Of a DNA stretch of 64,000 nt, positions 39,141 to 51,955 are shown piece after piece; position 1 is the first letter of the stretch, and each line of letters opens with the position of its first letter. Source of the stretch: Tubiluchus corallicola (Eukaryota > Animalia > Priapulida); assembly GCA_030141605.1 (NCBI GenBank), contig JAQGDQ010000175.1, forward strand, positions 62,001-126,000, written 5' to 3'. Below the pieces are notes generated by a model. It saw only the letters and a list, made by a program, of their open reading frames with translations, was not told the DNA's origin and made no database searches. Made by a program: the position numbers and the translations under genes.

Positions 39141-39478
39141 TTTTTGAAGTGTTTTAATGGGCAGTATCAGGCCTTTATACTAGTTAGAGCCTGAAGAGAA
39201 CTTGGCAGATCCATTTGATACAAGGCTCTGGGAGAGCTGTGCCTGTCTGTGGCAGGTACGTTAGTAATATTATTATCTATGGCCCAGCTGCTCAGCGGAG
39301 CTTTATTTTCGAGTGTCGCACTCACAGCGCAGCAACAAAGTTATTAAAGAAAATGGTGATAAATTTTCTTGCTGTTTTGTGTCTTTCGAATGAAAAATTC
39401 ATTTCGACGATTTATTGTTATCTCCTATAGATGTAACGAAGGAAGTTTACACCTTGTACTGGATGCCAATTTTGACGG

Positions 39479-42400
39479 ATGCAGATTTGGGCCACTTGGC
39501 TCCGCAGAGCTATGAAACGCGAAATGATTTTACATGGGCAATATAAACTATGGTTCGCTATTGTAGTCTTGTGCTGCACTTTCATTGTCATGTTTATGTT
39601 TTTGCACTTTAAGGCAGAAATAGAACGTCTTCAGTACTCAAAATTAAAATTAGGTAATACTGTATTTTTCAATTCAATTTCATGCAGTTTTATTTTCTCA
39701 TCATAAGATTTACGATAACACAGTACCAGTAGTTTTTTTCCATATATTTGTAACAGAAGAGCAGCAAAAGACCTTTTGGTCCCTTAAACTGCTAATGGTT
39801 TTGCTTCTTCAGTAGAAGAAATCCTTTCTAGAGGTCCAACCTCTAACACTTATGCTGCATTAGATTTAGCAAAATTGATCTGGGCAAAAAAGGTTGAAAC
39901 ATTTGTTATGACTTTTGCTTGATTCAGTTTACCAAACATTTTGGGACAAGCCTCTAATTGAAGCACCTCTTGATAGTTTGTTTGCCAGGACTTCTTCTGG
40001 GGTTGATAAAGGGTGGCTATTAGCAATATCTTCTAGTCATGCTGGTGCATGGCTTGAGGCCTTACCTGTTGTGATGGTCCAGTATCGTATAGGGAATCAT
40101 TAGCCTAACAGCCGTGCACATTATTTGTTTACATTCATAAGCTAAGCTGAGGATGAAGAGATAAAATTTACTTTTCTTTTGCCTTTTTAGTTTAATTTGA
40201 TGTTCTACAAAATTGCATTTTGATCTCGAATATTACTACCCCATTAGCTAGGTCACTTGGGTGGGTACATGAGAATTGCATTGTAGAGTAAGATCTTCAC
40301 GTTAAAGTTAAACCACTGAAGCCAGACGTTCACGTATCAGTGTGACTTGGATTTCTTTGCCTGCCAATTCCATAACACGTAGAAGTAGAGGGTGGTTTTC
40401 CTGTGTTAAACGGAGGTACGTCTACACGTTAAGTACCTTCCATCTTGTATCCTGTCTCAGTTTGATGTCAAGACATGAGATGTGGTCCCCGGGTTCTGGT
40501 TCAAGTTTCACAGACCCGAGGATACGTTAGCAGATCACAGAAAGACGTAACAATATACTTCTACTTGTGTTATTACTCTCGTGAATCACCAACTGCTAAT
40601 TGCCATTTGTTTGGTTAATACCATAGGGATGCTAGACTGTATAGTGGTCAGTTTCACTTGAGGAGTGTGATGGCTATTTCCATCGCTGTATGGGGATGCT
40701 ATTATCTTCACGTAGGCGTTAAATTGTTTACCATTTTGGGAACGTCGTCTGTGCGACACTGTCATGAAAGAAATCTGTAAGCCGTTACTGTCAGTGTGGA
40801 CTGTTGTACTGCCGGTGAACACTTAGCAAAACCCGGGTAGCTAGCCAATATTCTGGGGAAAGGGTTTTCCTTTTTTTATACATTGATGCTCATTATCATT
40901 TTTTTAATATTTGGAATCTTGTTGTTACATCTCATTACTTGTTTTTCGAGAGTCGGATAAAATGTCGTTAACCAATGAAAAGAAAACAACCCGCGTATTA
41001 TTTAGCGAAACTACGAACAAAATATTTATTCCCATGAACATTTTATGAACATATCTTAAAATTAGCATAAATAGCTAGCATACACCTTTAGGCACACGCT
41101 ACGTCAAAAGGTGGTTTTCGGGTGCCTGTGGCCCCTTCTTACCCGAACCATCACACCTGTCCCTTCATTAAGTCTGCATTTATATGATAATCAATTGCGT
41201 ATTGCTGCAGCGCTTCAGTTAGGTGCATATATTTGTCATCCTCATCAATGCAAATGTGGAACTTTTGTAGATAGTTCAGGAGTTCATGGCGTAAGTTGTT
41301 TAAAAAGCAGTGGTCGGTTTTCAAGACATCAGGCTGCCAATGATTTAATTTGTCGTGCTTTGACGAAACATTAATAACGTGTCTATCTCACCACTATCAA
41401 ATCTACTGCTCATGTTTCCATAATTATACTTGTATTATACAGATAATTGTATGGTTTATTATTTATGTTTTCAAACATTCTGTAGAGATCAGTGTTAAAT
41501 GTACACTATATTAGCGTATTAATATGTATTAATATTATTTATATAAATTTAATCAGCTGTCCCTTTTTCAAGTAGTGACAATTACATTACAAATGCAAAA
41601 AATTACAAAAGATTACTACATTACTGTACTTTCCAATCTACCAAAGAAGGGAAACGATTTGTATCATATCAAGGAAATAAATATTTTATAGTAAACAAAA
41701 ATGACAAAATAAAAGTTAAGCAACTATGAACATCCAGCAGATTTCAAACAATAAACATAGAAGTGACTGCAAGTAAACTTAAATGGTTAATATTATATGT
41801 TGTATTTAATAAAACAAAAAGACATGAAATAACTATACCATACACAAAGAGCAGCTTATGTGAAATATGTTAGCACAAAGGTGGGAAAATGTGCAAAAGG
41901 AAAAGTGTGCAGTGGCATAGTGCGTGGTTGGCAATTCGTGCCTTGTCTCTAAAAACTGATGCACTTCTATTCGCACTCTATGTACTAAATTTCACATCAT
42001 TGTTTTAAAAGGTGGAAACTATATAAAATTTAATAAAGTTTTGAAAAGACATCAAAATTGCAGTTTAAGTTGTGGATTTTCAATCCAATTTTAAATAGAG
42101 TAGGAATAAGTTTACAGAGCAAAAGAATTAGTAGTTTCCTCGGGTATCTATGTCATGATTGTCTATATAATTTATTTTTACTGTTTTAGAACAAGGACTT
42201 GCAAAAGTTCAACTTAGTAACATAGATATTCAACGGAGAAGTGTATACCCTGATGATGTGCAACCTACTCAGGATGAACAGGTCATTATCTACAACAGAG
42301 TGCCAAAGACCGGAAGCACTTCATTCATGGGCGTAGCTTATGATCTATGTACAAAAAATCACTTTAATGTTTTGCATATAAATACGACTAGAAACAGTCA

Positions 42401-45400
42401 CACCATGTCTTTGGCAGATCAGGTAACATTGAGAATGAAAAACTCATTACAGGTAGTCATCAACTTGTGACCACAATTGGTTCCTGCAGATAGGCTGCAA
42501 TTCGGATCCATATGTTCAAACCTCAGTATCCCCATACACGTAAAATGAACTGTGTGTGTGTGTGTGTGTGCACTAAGTATGGCGGTATCTACGGTATTTA
42601 CCGAAAGAGATAGCGATTTAAAATTAATTTGCTTAAAAAAATAGAAGTAACTGTAAGACATAATTAGTTTTGTATAATTAATTAATCAAGTTATGGTCGC
42701 GTTATAAAGTCGAGCAGTTCTAAGTTGTGTAGGTCGTAAGTCGACGATTACCTGTATTAGAATGAACAAAATTGTTATTACAAATCTATAAGTTTCCTAG
42801 TTGTTTCACTTTCTTTTTTTATTTCAACTTCTCCAAAAATTAACCTATACACATTCAAAATGTGCTTCATTGAACTTCCACTTTGCACTTTTAAAGGTGA
42901 CACTGAAAGTACACTCCAGCTTGATTTTGCTCATGGTTTTGTTCTTTGCAGAAATTTCAATACTTTTTGTATCTGTTTAGAATTTTTACAGATTTTTTTA
43001 AGCAATATCTGCTTTGCAATTTAATGTTTTTTTATTTATTTTTTAATTATTTACTTTTCTGTGAAGAAAGGCTGAATAAAGTTTTTGACGCTGGTAACTA
43101 TCATCGAAATTTTCGTGCACTTGTGAGCGGCAGTGAATATATCTGAAAGAGTGCTTGGGAAATGTTGAAGTGAAATCGAATTGAATTGGAAAATTTTATT
43201 TTGGTATTTATCCATAAATTGTACATGCAATAAGTGGAAATTAGTTTAGTAATTATTAAACATTTTATCCAATGAGATCATAAGCAGTATTTTTTATTTT
43301 TTAAATGTGAGTACTGTTAATTGTGTTTTTCAGGTCCGATTTGCACAAAATGTTTCTATGTGGACAATCAAAAAACCAGCAATTTATCATGGTCACATAG
43401 CCTTCTTTGATTTTACTAAGTAAGTGCCGCATACTAGTAAGTTAGTATACAAAAGTACAGAAAACCGTCATGATATGTCTAGGCTTTTGTTATTTGGATC
43501 ACTAATGACAAGTTTCGTCTGGCTTTAGTTCTCAACCTGCGCTTTGTGGAAAATTAATTGTTACTTTTCAACATGACGTCACAAGTCAGGATTTTTATAT
43601 CATGTAGTCAAATAAATATCAAAGTCTTAGTGGTCTCTAATTTTTTGGACAGTTATTGTGTGTAAAAGTTTATTGTTGTGGCATCTTCTTGTCCTCAGTT
43701 TTTACAAATTCTTAAATAAAGGAGGAGAATAAATGATCATGTAATAATTATTGTAGTGTATATAAACTCAACAGATTAAAATTTCTGATCATTTGCCATA
43801 ATCAGTAGTCATAATAGCCCATAGGTTTTTTCTACCTTTATCATTTATTTATTAATATACCGGTTAGCGGTTTATAGTGTGGTATAGTGGTTAGCATAGC
43901 AGAAGGCATGAGTTTGAATTCCTGTGGAGGTGCAGTACATTTATACACTTATATGAATGATTACTTTGATAAGTAATGTAGAAGTGGGGTATATCACTGG
44001 GATAGGTAATGGTCCCTATTCTGTTTTCCATTTTTATGCTGTTTCCTATTATAGAAACTAGCAGTTCAAATTACATTTCTCATCACAAGGAATTTCTGGA
44101 AAATTGTGTCTGAAATTCCTGTTTGGATGTCAAATATTTTCTAATATTAAATTATGACAAAACAGGTGTGATTATTTTTGGAACTCAGCATCAACTTTCA
44201 AAAATCAGTCAATTCTCCATGGTGGTTGCAAGTACTGCAATTACATCGAGCTGTCTGATAGTGTTAGGTACCTTGGTGTAATTATGGACGATTGTCTTTC
44301 AGTAGCCTTTCACAATAACAGTTTTTGTAAATCGTCAGATTTTTATGTGCAAAATATATAAAAAATTAGTACATTTCTCACGAAAGATACTTGAGAAATT
44401 CTGGTGTATGCCTTCACTAGTTCCCAATTGGATTACTGCAATAGTTTATATAGTCTTCCTCTCTATCAAATTGAAAAGCTTCAACACATACATAGTCCAG
44501 CTCCTATGTTAACTTCGTAGTTCTAAAAAAGTCTGGAAACTTACTATTTTAATGAAGCTGTCTGCAACTGATTTAATGTGCATTTTCTATGTTTTGTGTG
44601 TGTTTTCTGGTGTTGCTTGTATTATATTTCTAATTTTCCTGTGTTTTCATGTTTTTATATTCAGTATACTTTTAGTCGATTAATGTGTTATGGTTTTATG
44701 TGTAACTGATTTATATACTTGAGAAATTAATTTTTTAGAGTTTTTGGATACAGTTCTAGGAATTAACTGATTTTATGATATTACTGTGATCTCATTGATT
44801 GTAAAATGCGTTTGATCATCATGTAAAATGATTTTCAAAATATTCAATAAATTAAATTAAATTACATTGTCTGGAAAAAACTTCAGCTTCACAATAAATA
44901 GCAAGGGAACAAAAGTACTGTTTTTGCATTTATAAAGCATTTAAATTGATTACAAAAATGGAAAACTGTGCAACATTGCATAAGTTTTTTATAAGTATGT
45001 TCTCTTGGACATCACTAAAATATTGATAGAAATGAAGACGGTGTTTTTGTTGATATTGTTATCAAGTATTTACAGAATATTTGAAATTATAGGCCTTTAT
45101 AATGATGCATAATTGTATAACATGTGACATTAGATGAATGGATTTACTGCAGCTTTTTTCCATTCCATCCTGGTGTTGTTTTACTAGACTAGAGCTTTCA
45201 TTAACTTTTTCTGCAATAGAGTGTTTTTATAGTGATTATGTCTGTCACTCATGACTATTCATTACTACTTTGTTCATGCAGAAAGGTTGTCATCAGTGGC
45301 TCAGCCAGGTGACAAATTATAGAAATCTTTCTATATAGAATTCATTCTTGCAGAATATGTATGAAATGACAAATTGCAAAGCTAAGGCAGCTACTTATAA

Positions 45401-48135
45401 TAACATGCTGAATTTATTGTAGTTTCCAGATGTTTTGTGTACATATTATGTACATCCTCAGTGGCAAAGAGTATATTAATTCAAATTAAGAATTATGAGA
45501 TCAATTGTTCAGTAATTCTTAATTTACATTGTAGACATGTGTTACAAATTCAACTTGTGCATAATATATATATACATATGAATATATATATATATATATA
45601 TATATGAAACGTCAGGAAATTGCAATTTATTCGGCATGTTATTACCCTGTACATTGTATATGTGACTGTCTTTGCTTTGCTATTCAGGAATCTTTTGTCT
45701 TTTGTGTCGTATAGGCATTGATTATGCATTGTTTAATGCACTAACTAGTTCTTGTTTAAACTTTCATAGTAAAAATGTACCTGTCAATTAGTTATTTTGT
45801 TATGCATTTAGTTATACACCTGTATAAATATGGCTGTCAGTCATTCAACTAGCATTTTCCTAATTACAGGTATGGTATGACAAGGAAGCCACTTCATATT
45901 AATATCATTCGGAAACCTTTAGACAGGCTTGTGTCATATTACTATTTCTTGCGACATGGAGATGACTTTAGGCCTCATTTAGTGAGGCGGAAGCAAGGAG
46001 ACAAAAAGGTAAATTAAACTCTGTTATGTAAACTTAATTGCAGGTTTTAGTGTGATGTAAATACGATAAACCTGAAAAAGTGTGTAGTAAATTTTTTCGA
46101 ACTGAGCTTCAATGCTGTACTTGCAAAGTGGTAATTTTGCAACTCACAAATCCAAGCTGTAATTGTAAAGGTAGCTAATGCCATGGATTAAAACAACATG
46201 CTTTCTGGGCTGAATGATGACAATTTGCTTTCAGCACTTGTATTTACAGTTATTGCTGTTTAATATATGTGGTAAGTATTAGTGTCTATTCTATTTACCC
46301 GTCAGATTTGGTGCTGTTTAATTTTTTAGCTAAGCACACACTGTAACCACTCACTCAAACTCCATTCCTTTCCAAAAATTGCCAAATTCTGTAATTTTAC
46401 ACAAATGACATGTCAAAATGCAAAGTTACTAGTTACCACTGTTACTGTAGTAAATGAGTTTTAGCAATTTCACAGCTACGCGGTTTTTAATTTAGCTGTA
46501 AATAAAGTCATAATTACTGAATACAACTTATCAGGCCTGTGATATGTGCTTATCTGTTCCAGACATTTGATGAATGTGTGTTTGAGGATGGTGACGACTG
46601 CCATCCCAACAACATGTGGATGCAGGTTCCTTTCTTCTGCGGTCACGAGATTGCTTGTTGGTAAATAATTAAGTATTTTAGTATTTTGTGCGATCATATT
46701 ATAACAACATAATGTTATGATGTAATGGCGTGTTCAGACGTAGATACGTCTCCTGCAACTTGTTGCAATGTGCGACTTTACTCTCAGAGAGAAGTTGCAC
46801 AACAAGTTGCAAGAGAAGTCCCCATGTCCGAACGCGCCATAAGACTGTTTCTCTCTACTATATTTAGGTTATCGTGCAATATTCAGCTGTTAGCGTAGCG
46901 AATGTACGTTTCAAAAAGCAAGTATGTGATTAGGTTAATGGCTTGGTACTTCAAAACTATGGTACCCTGCTTTACTGCTAGTATTTTCCTCTATAGTAAT
47001 TGATTTGTTTAATGTGCTGCAAAAATTTTTTACAGGACGCCAGGCAATAGATGGGCATTGGAACGTGCAAAAGCTAATCTAGTCAGTCATTACTTTCTTG
47101 TTGGTCTCACTGAAGAGTTGTATGATTTTGTAGCCATGTTAGAAGTTACGCTTCCACGCTTTTTTCGAGGTGCTCAACGAGTTTTTCTGCATGGTAAGCA
47201 TTGTTCTGAATAGTTTGCATACTATTCATAACTATGAATAGCTAATTATAATGCTGGCAATGCTTTTTACAGAACAGTTTACTGCAAGCAGTAGTTAGTC
47301 ACAAACAAATAAATGTGCAAAACGTCCTGCAGTAAATATGGCGCAATCCCAGTTTAATTTTTACAGATAAGATTACATTGTTTCTTTAATTTCTTATTGA
47401 TCATGGTAACTAGAAACTCTAATGGTAATAACACAGAGATAATTTTTAATGAACAACGAAACAATCTGCTAATACTAATGTTTATACATTACATCGTGAG
47501 CTGAGCTCGTGGTCCAGAAACAGTCTGTTATACATCCGAAGGCCATTATAATGAGGCCTGTTATAACTAGGTTATACTGTATGCATGTTAGTGACCTGTA
47601 ATTCAGTTTCAGTGAACTGCCATTAACAGAAGTGCAACTACAGGTGATAAATCCAATCAGTTGTGTTCTGATGAAAGTAGTGTTACTATAAAACTACTAG
47701 TAGCCTTTAATTTTTGCCTTTACACAGAAATAATTCTGAGCATCACTAATCCGCAGCTGGTGTGAATGAGAAATACCAAGTTTGAGTCCCACGCTCACTA
47801 TTAATTTGAGTTTTTGTTTGAAGCATCATAGCAGAAATTATTTGTGTTTATTTTGCTTTGTTTGTAGAAGTCATTAATACTATATTGGTTAAAACTTTCC
47901 CTTTTTATTCTTAGGCGATAAAAACCATCTGCGCAAAACGTCTAAGAAGCAGCTGCCGTCAGATGCAACAGTGAGAAAAATTCACGAGTCAAAAGTCTGG
48001 CAGATGGAGGATGAGTTTTACGAGTTTGTGCGAGAGCAGTTCCACTTTCAAAAACGAAAAACTCTAACCGACAGGGAAGGTTTTCAAGCTGATAGAGGAA
48101 AACGTTTCTTCTATGAAAAGATACGTCCGAAATGA
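39479..48135 (+). CDS. HS2ST1: Heparan sulfate 2-O-sulfotransferase 1 (7 coding exons, ~358-369 aa)
   Basis: Exons 39479 (or ATG 39512)-39653, 42190-42422, 43334-43419, 45870-46008, 46563-46660, 47036-47193, 47915-48135 join in frame. N-terminal TM; [13 protein letters not shown] (5'-PAPS loop), [36 protein letters not shown] (3'-PAPS), [34 protein letters not shown]-terminal FFYEKIRPK*. Confidence 0.96.
39770..41374 (+). mobile_element. Decayed RLE-type (CRE-like) non-LTR retrotransposon C-terminal fragment, split by a solo LTR
   Basis: Removing 40070-41160 restores [80 protein letters not shown], the CCHC knuckle plus RH..N motif that precedes the restriction-like endonuclease. Confidence 0.75.
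40070..41155. mobile_element. 1086-bp solo LTR-like insertion with 5-bp TSD
   Basis: Termini TGTGATGGT...ACCATCACA (TG..CA, 9-bp inverted), flanked by direct repeat CCTGT at 40065-40069 and 41156-41160; no convincing ORF. Confidence 0.85.
42450..42754. mobile_element. pogo/Tigger-type (Tc1/mariner superfamily) MITE
   Basis: TA|CAGGTAGTCATCAACTTGTGACC ... GGTCGTAAGTCGACGATTACCTG|TA imperfect TIRs with TA flanks. Confidence 0.75.
44095..44520 (+). mobile_element. Decayed L2-like LINE fragment (post-RT region) in HS2ST intron 3
   Basis: Broken reading [45 protein letters not shown]. Confidence 0.75.
46726..46839. mobile_element. 114-bp palindromic Harbinger-type MITE
   Basis: TAA|TGGCGTGTTCAGAC ... 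GTCCGAACGCGCCA|TAA; internal TGCAACTTGTTG / CAACAAGTTGCA arms. Confidence 0.7.
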
Positions 48136-51100
48136 AATCCATCCCATTTCCAATTTATAAAATCTCATTTTTTTCATTCGCATTTAATTCTGTACTGTTG
48201 ATATCATTAACATCATCATAAATTGTCTCCAGTGTTGTATAACAATTTACGTTTATTATCTGGAACATATTTTGACCATCTCTTCTATGTGAAGCATACA
48301 GTGATCTGGCTTAGAGACCTGGTTACACACAGCTGGAGGCCTGGTTGCGGGGGGTCTTGCAAAGGCAGGATTCATACTCAGATGTTCTCTCATCTCATCG
48401 GTGTTTTTAGTGGTCATGTGTAGGTGCTTGAGTCACATACCCACAGCACATGGAAACTTTTCTGCATTTCAAAGAGTTATTATTATCATTACACAAATTT
48501 CTTATGCAGGATAAACTTGACTGAGTATTAAAGAAAGGACAAGTCACTTAGCATGTTGGAAAAATTTAAAGTCAAACTAATTCCTCACTATAGTATAAGC
48601 TTTTACAACTTAAAATCCTGCTCTCATTATCAACATTCAATTTATTTTATTACAAACTTATTGTAAAAATATCGTTTCTTTTGATTTCTTTATCACTGTT
48701 GTTAGCGGTATTAAACTTGAAGAACTGCCATTTTTCGTTCCACGAGACGAACGATGTTCATTCACGTATAAGTACATTCACGAGATCACCAAAGATTGGT
48801 ACACTAACATCGGTAACCAAAGACGCTTTCTGTACCTCGTGCGTGATTCTTGCTCATTTGCGCCAAAGACATAAAACATGGCGATCTTCACGGCAATGCA
48901 CGCATATAAAATTCACCGGGAAAAGGTAAGTTAATTTTATAAGTCACTTTTGTTTAATAATAACTGTGAATTCTTTGTGTAATCGTAATAATGAATTCAA
49001 AAAAACTTTGATGTCTGTTGGGGTTATATAGGCCTTTAACAAACAAATTTGCAAAAAAGTTGTCTGTATATCATAAAGTTAAATTGTACTATCACTGTAC
49101 ATAAATTTTCAGGTGCGATGAAAATTGCCATTCACTTGAAAGTTTTAATGTAACTGGTAGACCTAGTGACTTTTCATAAGCACGCACTGCCTAAAGTAAT
49201 TCAAACTTCTGCAGCTTACCTAATGTTTACGCAGAACTATCACAAAATTAGCCCACTAATTTTTTTAAAAACCTATTATATTTTTGACGGAAATTGACAT
49301 CGTAATACTTTTCTTCAGTTCATGAACGAGGCGGGTTCAAATTGGAAGCACCCAATCATAAAATGATAGCAACTTTGCTAAAATGATGTTACTAACTACA
49401 ATGAAGCATTTATTACTAAACTTACTTCTAACTTTTTTGCAAACCTTGAAATAATCCTAACTTACCAGAAGACGTAGTTTTTCCTTTAACACACCACTGG
49501 CAATTGCTGCTAGTCAGTTGTATATATTCTCTGATATAGTTCAAGTAGTGTATGGTGTCACCTTGATATGCATATGTTTTAGCAGCATTGTTTACAAGGA
49601 CTAAAATTAATATCTACAAAAAAATATTGTATTATTGAGCTAAAGAAGCTAGTGTAACTCTAATATTGCCAGTGTAGTAAAACACTGTATAGTGTTTTGT
49701 GTAGTATACACAAAAGTAGGAGTTTTATTCCTTCACGCTATTTTCATCACTTTTTTGCACTCAATTATTTCAAAAACTACATTCGTCCATCTGCAGTGAT
49801 TCCAGGTAGCAGATCTTAGAATCTTGAACAGTATATTAATTTATTTTGTCACGATTAAAAATTATAAATTTCATAACTAACTTGAAATGGTATTTTATTA
49901 CTTTACAACATTGTGCAAGTGTTTATCTTAATTTTATACATTAATAGTTTACTTATAATTTACTAAAAATATGGGTTTTGATAATTCTTTAAAACAAATC
50001 GCCTGGTCTTTCAAAGCGTGTATGTCTGTATAGATTTTTTTATCATGTATTAAACTGTTTTTTTTTTGTTTCTGTTTGTTGCCATTGAGGTTGTATGTAA
50101 GTACCATGATGATATTTTCTTTGTGCATCAAGTACAGATCTAGTTGATCATTGTTATAATGATATATAAAAACAGTAGTCAATGTTTTTATTGATCTTTC
50201 TTAGATGACTTATACGTAATTACTTTTACACTGTGTAGTGTATAGAAGTTTTGTGTAACAAAAATCATGTTAATTTATATTCAGTAGATGTAATTATGTA
50301 AAAAATGTCTAGAGTACAACCCTTACTCTTAGTGATCTGTAGAATGCGGTAGATTTAACATTCATAACAATTTAAGACATAATGTCTATAGTATAGTAGA
50401 CTACAGTATAAATAATGTTTGTTATCGAGAGAATAAAACGACTCTCAGTCTTTATCAAACTTTATCGCTGTCGGTTTTGCTTAGTTAATGTTTCCACCTT
50501 TCCAGACATCGAAGAAATAGTTTAAGCAAACTGCCAGTTATGTAGATAGAACTGACAGTTGTCAAATTTTTGACATTTGCAAAAGACACGATGTCTGCTT
50601 AACAAACATCAGGAAAATTTCTGTTGGTTGACATAATATAGCATAAAAATGTCCTTGTTGATATTAATAACTATAATTATACATATTTATGTGCTCATTA
50701 ACGACACAATAATTATCTTAGTTTGGTAAATTACTGTGTAGTATTTTTAGCTTTTCAATTTAGTAACAAAGTTGAAGACTAAAGTAGGTATAGCAAGTCG
50801 AAAGACAATCATTTTGAGTGCTGCATGCTCCTGGGTTGGCAAAAATTTTCTGTAATGTCGAAGACATTTTTTGTCCAAGTGATGTCAAAAATTGGAAACT
50901 GATCACAACAGAAGTTAATAAGGTATTAAATGAGAAGAAAAAATTTCCACTGCCTGCTATATTTCACTTGTTTAGTATAATCTTTTATTTGCATGTGTGA
51001 TTAATAAGCTATGTCTATGTTTATAATGCACTAATGAATAGTCATATTTAGTGCATTTTTACTAAAGAAAATGTGTCCATAAACCCACAAATGACTGTAA

Positions 51101-51180
51101 ACACTTCACACAACTTACGATAGAAATCATTACACGAAACCACAAAAAAGAACGAACTTTAGGGAACACTCATTTAACTA

Positions 51181-51368
51181 CAGTCAAACCTATATACTGC
51201 CTGCCTACGTTGTGACCGCAAAAAAGTCTGCATTGTAGCAAGTTTGGCATTATAATGTGCATTAACAAGTACCTCTCTATGCAAAAATAGATATTTTGTT
51301 TTGCTAAAATTTGGGCATTAAGTGAGGTTAGCTTTATAAAGGGGACATTATAACGAGGCTTACTGCGT
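51181..51368. mobile_element. Degenerate pogo-like MITE
   Basis: TA|CAGTCAAACCTATATA ... TTATAACGAGGCTTACTG; related termini at ~47560-47580 and ~51703-51738. Confidence 0.4.
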
Positions 51369-51955
51369 ATTGAAGGCTTTTTGTGAGGCTTCAACACCTG
51401 CATTACTACATATTTCTAAGCTTATACTGACTTTACTGAACATGTACACGTAAATTTACAATTGAACATGCAAACGTAACTTGATATGAAACGTTCATTA
51501 ATTTTTAGTTTAATGAAGTCACAAAATACATTTCATTGAATTTGAATACACACTACAAATTAGTCGATACTTGGTAGCATCTGTTAAAAGTACTTTGCAT
51601 CTTCGATGAACTACACATTGTTCATTATTTCTACTTTATAATTATTAATACGTGCCTGTCCATTTATTAGTCATATACAGTACATTAGCTGTGTATGCCA
51701 ATACAGTACCTCTTACTCTATAACGAGGTTATGCTGTAACTTTTGCCAGTCAAGTCACTAATAATCTCATGGGCTACTAACTTTATCAAAAGTATTTTCA
51801 CCTTTACTATTTTACAAGAACAACTTGGTACCATTTGCTGCCAATGTCCAGTACATTGGCTATTCTCAACAGAGAACAATGATTTCAATGTAAAAAAGTT
51901 CAAAGTGAATATCTTCATTAATTAGCACACAGATGTGTTCAACCAGTTTCTTTTA

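Noticed and set aside
43866-43935. tRNA gene
   Set aside because: A/B-box-like motifs only, no complete cloverleaf; likely eroded SINE head.
48610-49040. Kolobok-like MITE (ends ..TATATAGGCCTTTAA; similar end at ~21400)
   Set aside because: Only one plausible terminus each; matching end not found.
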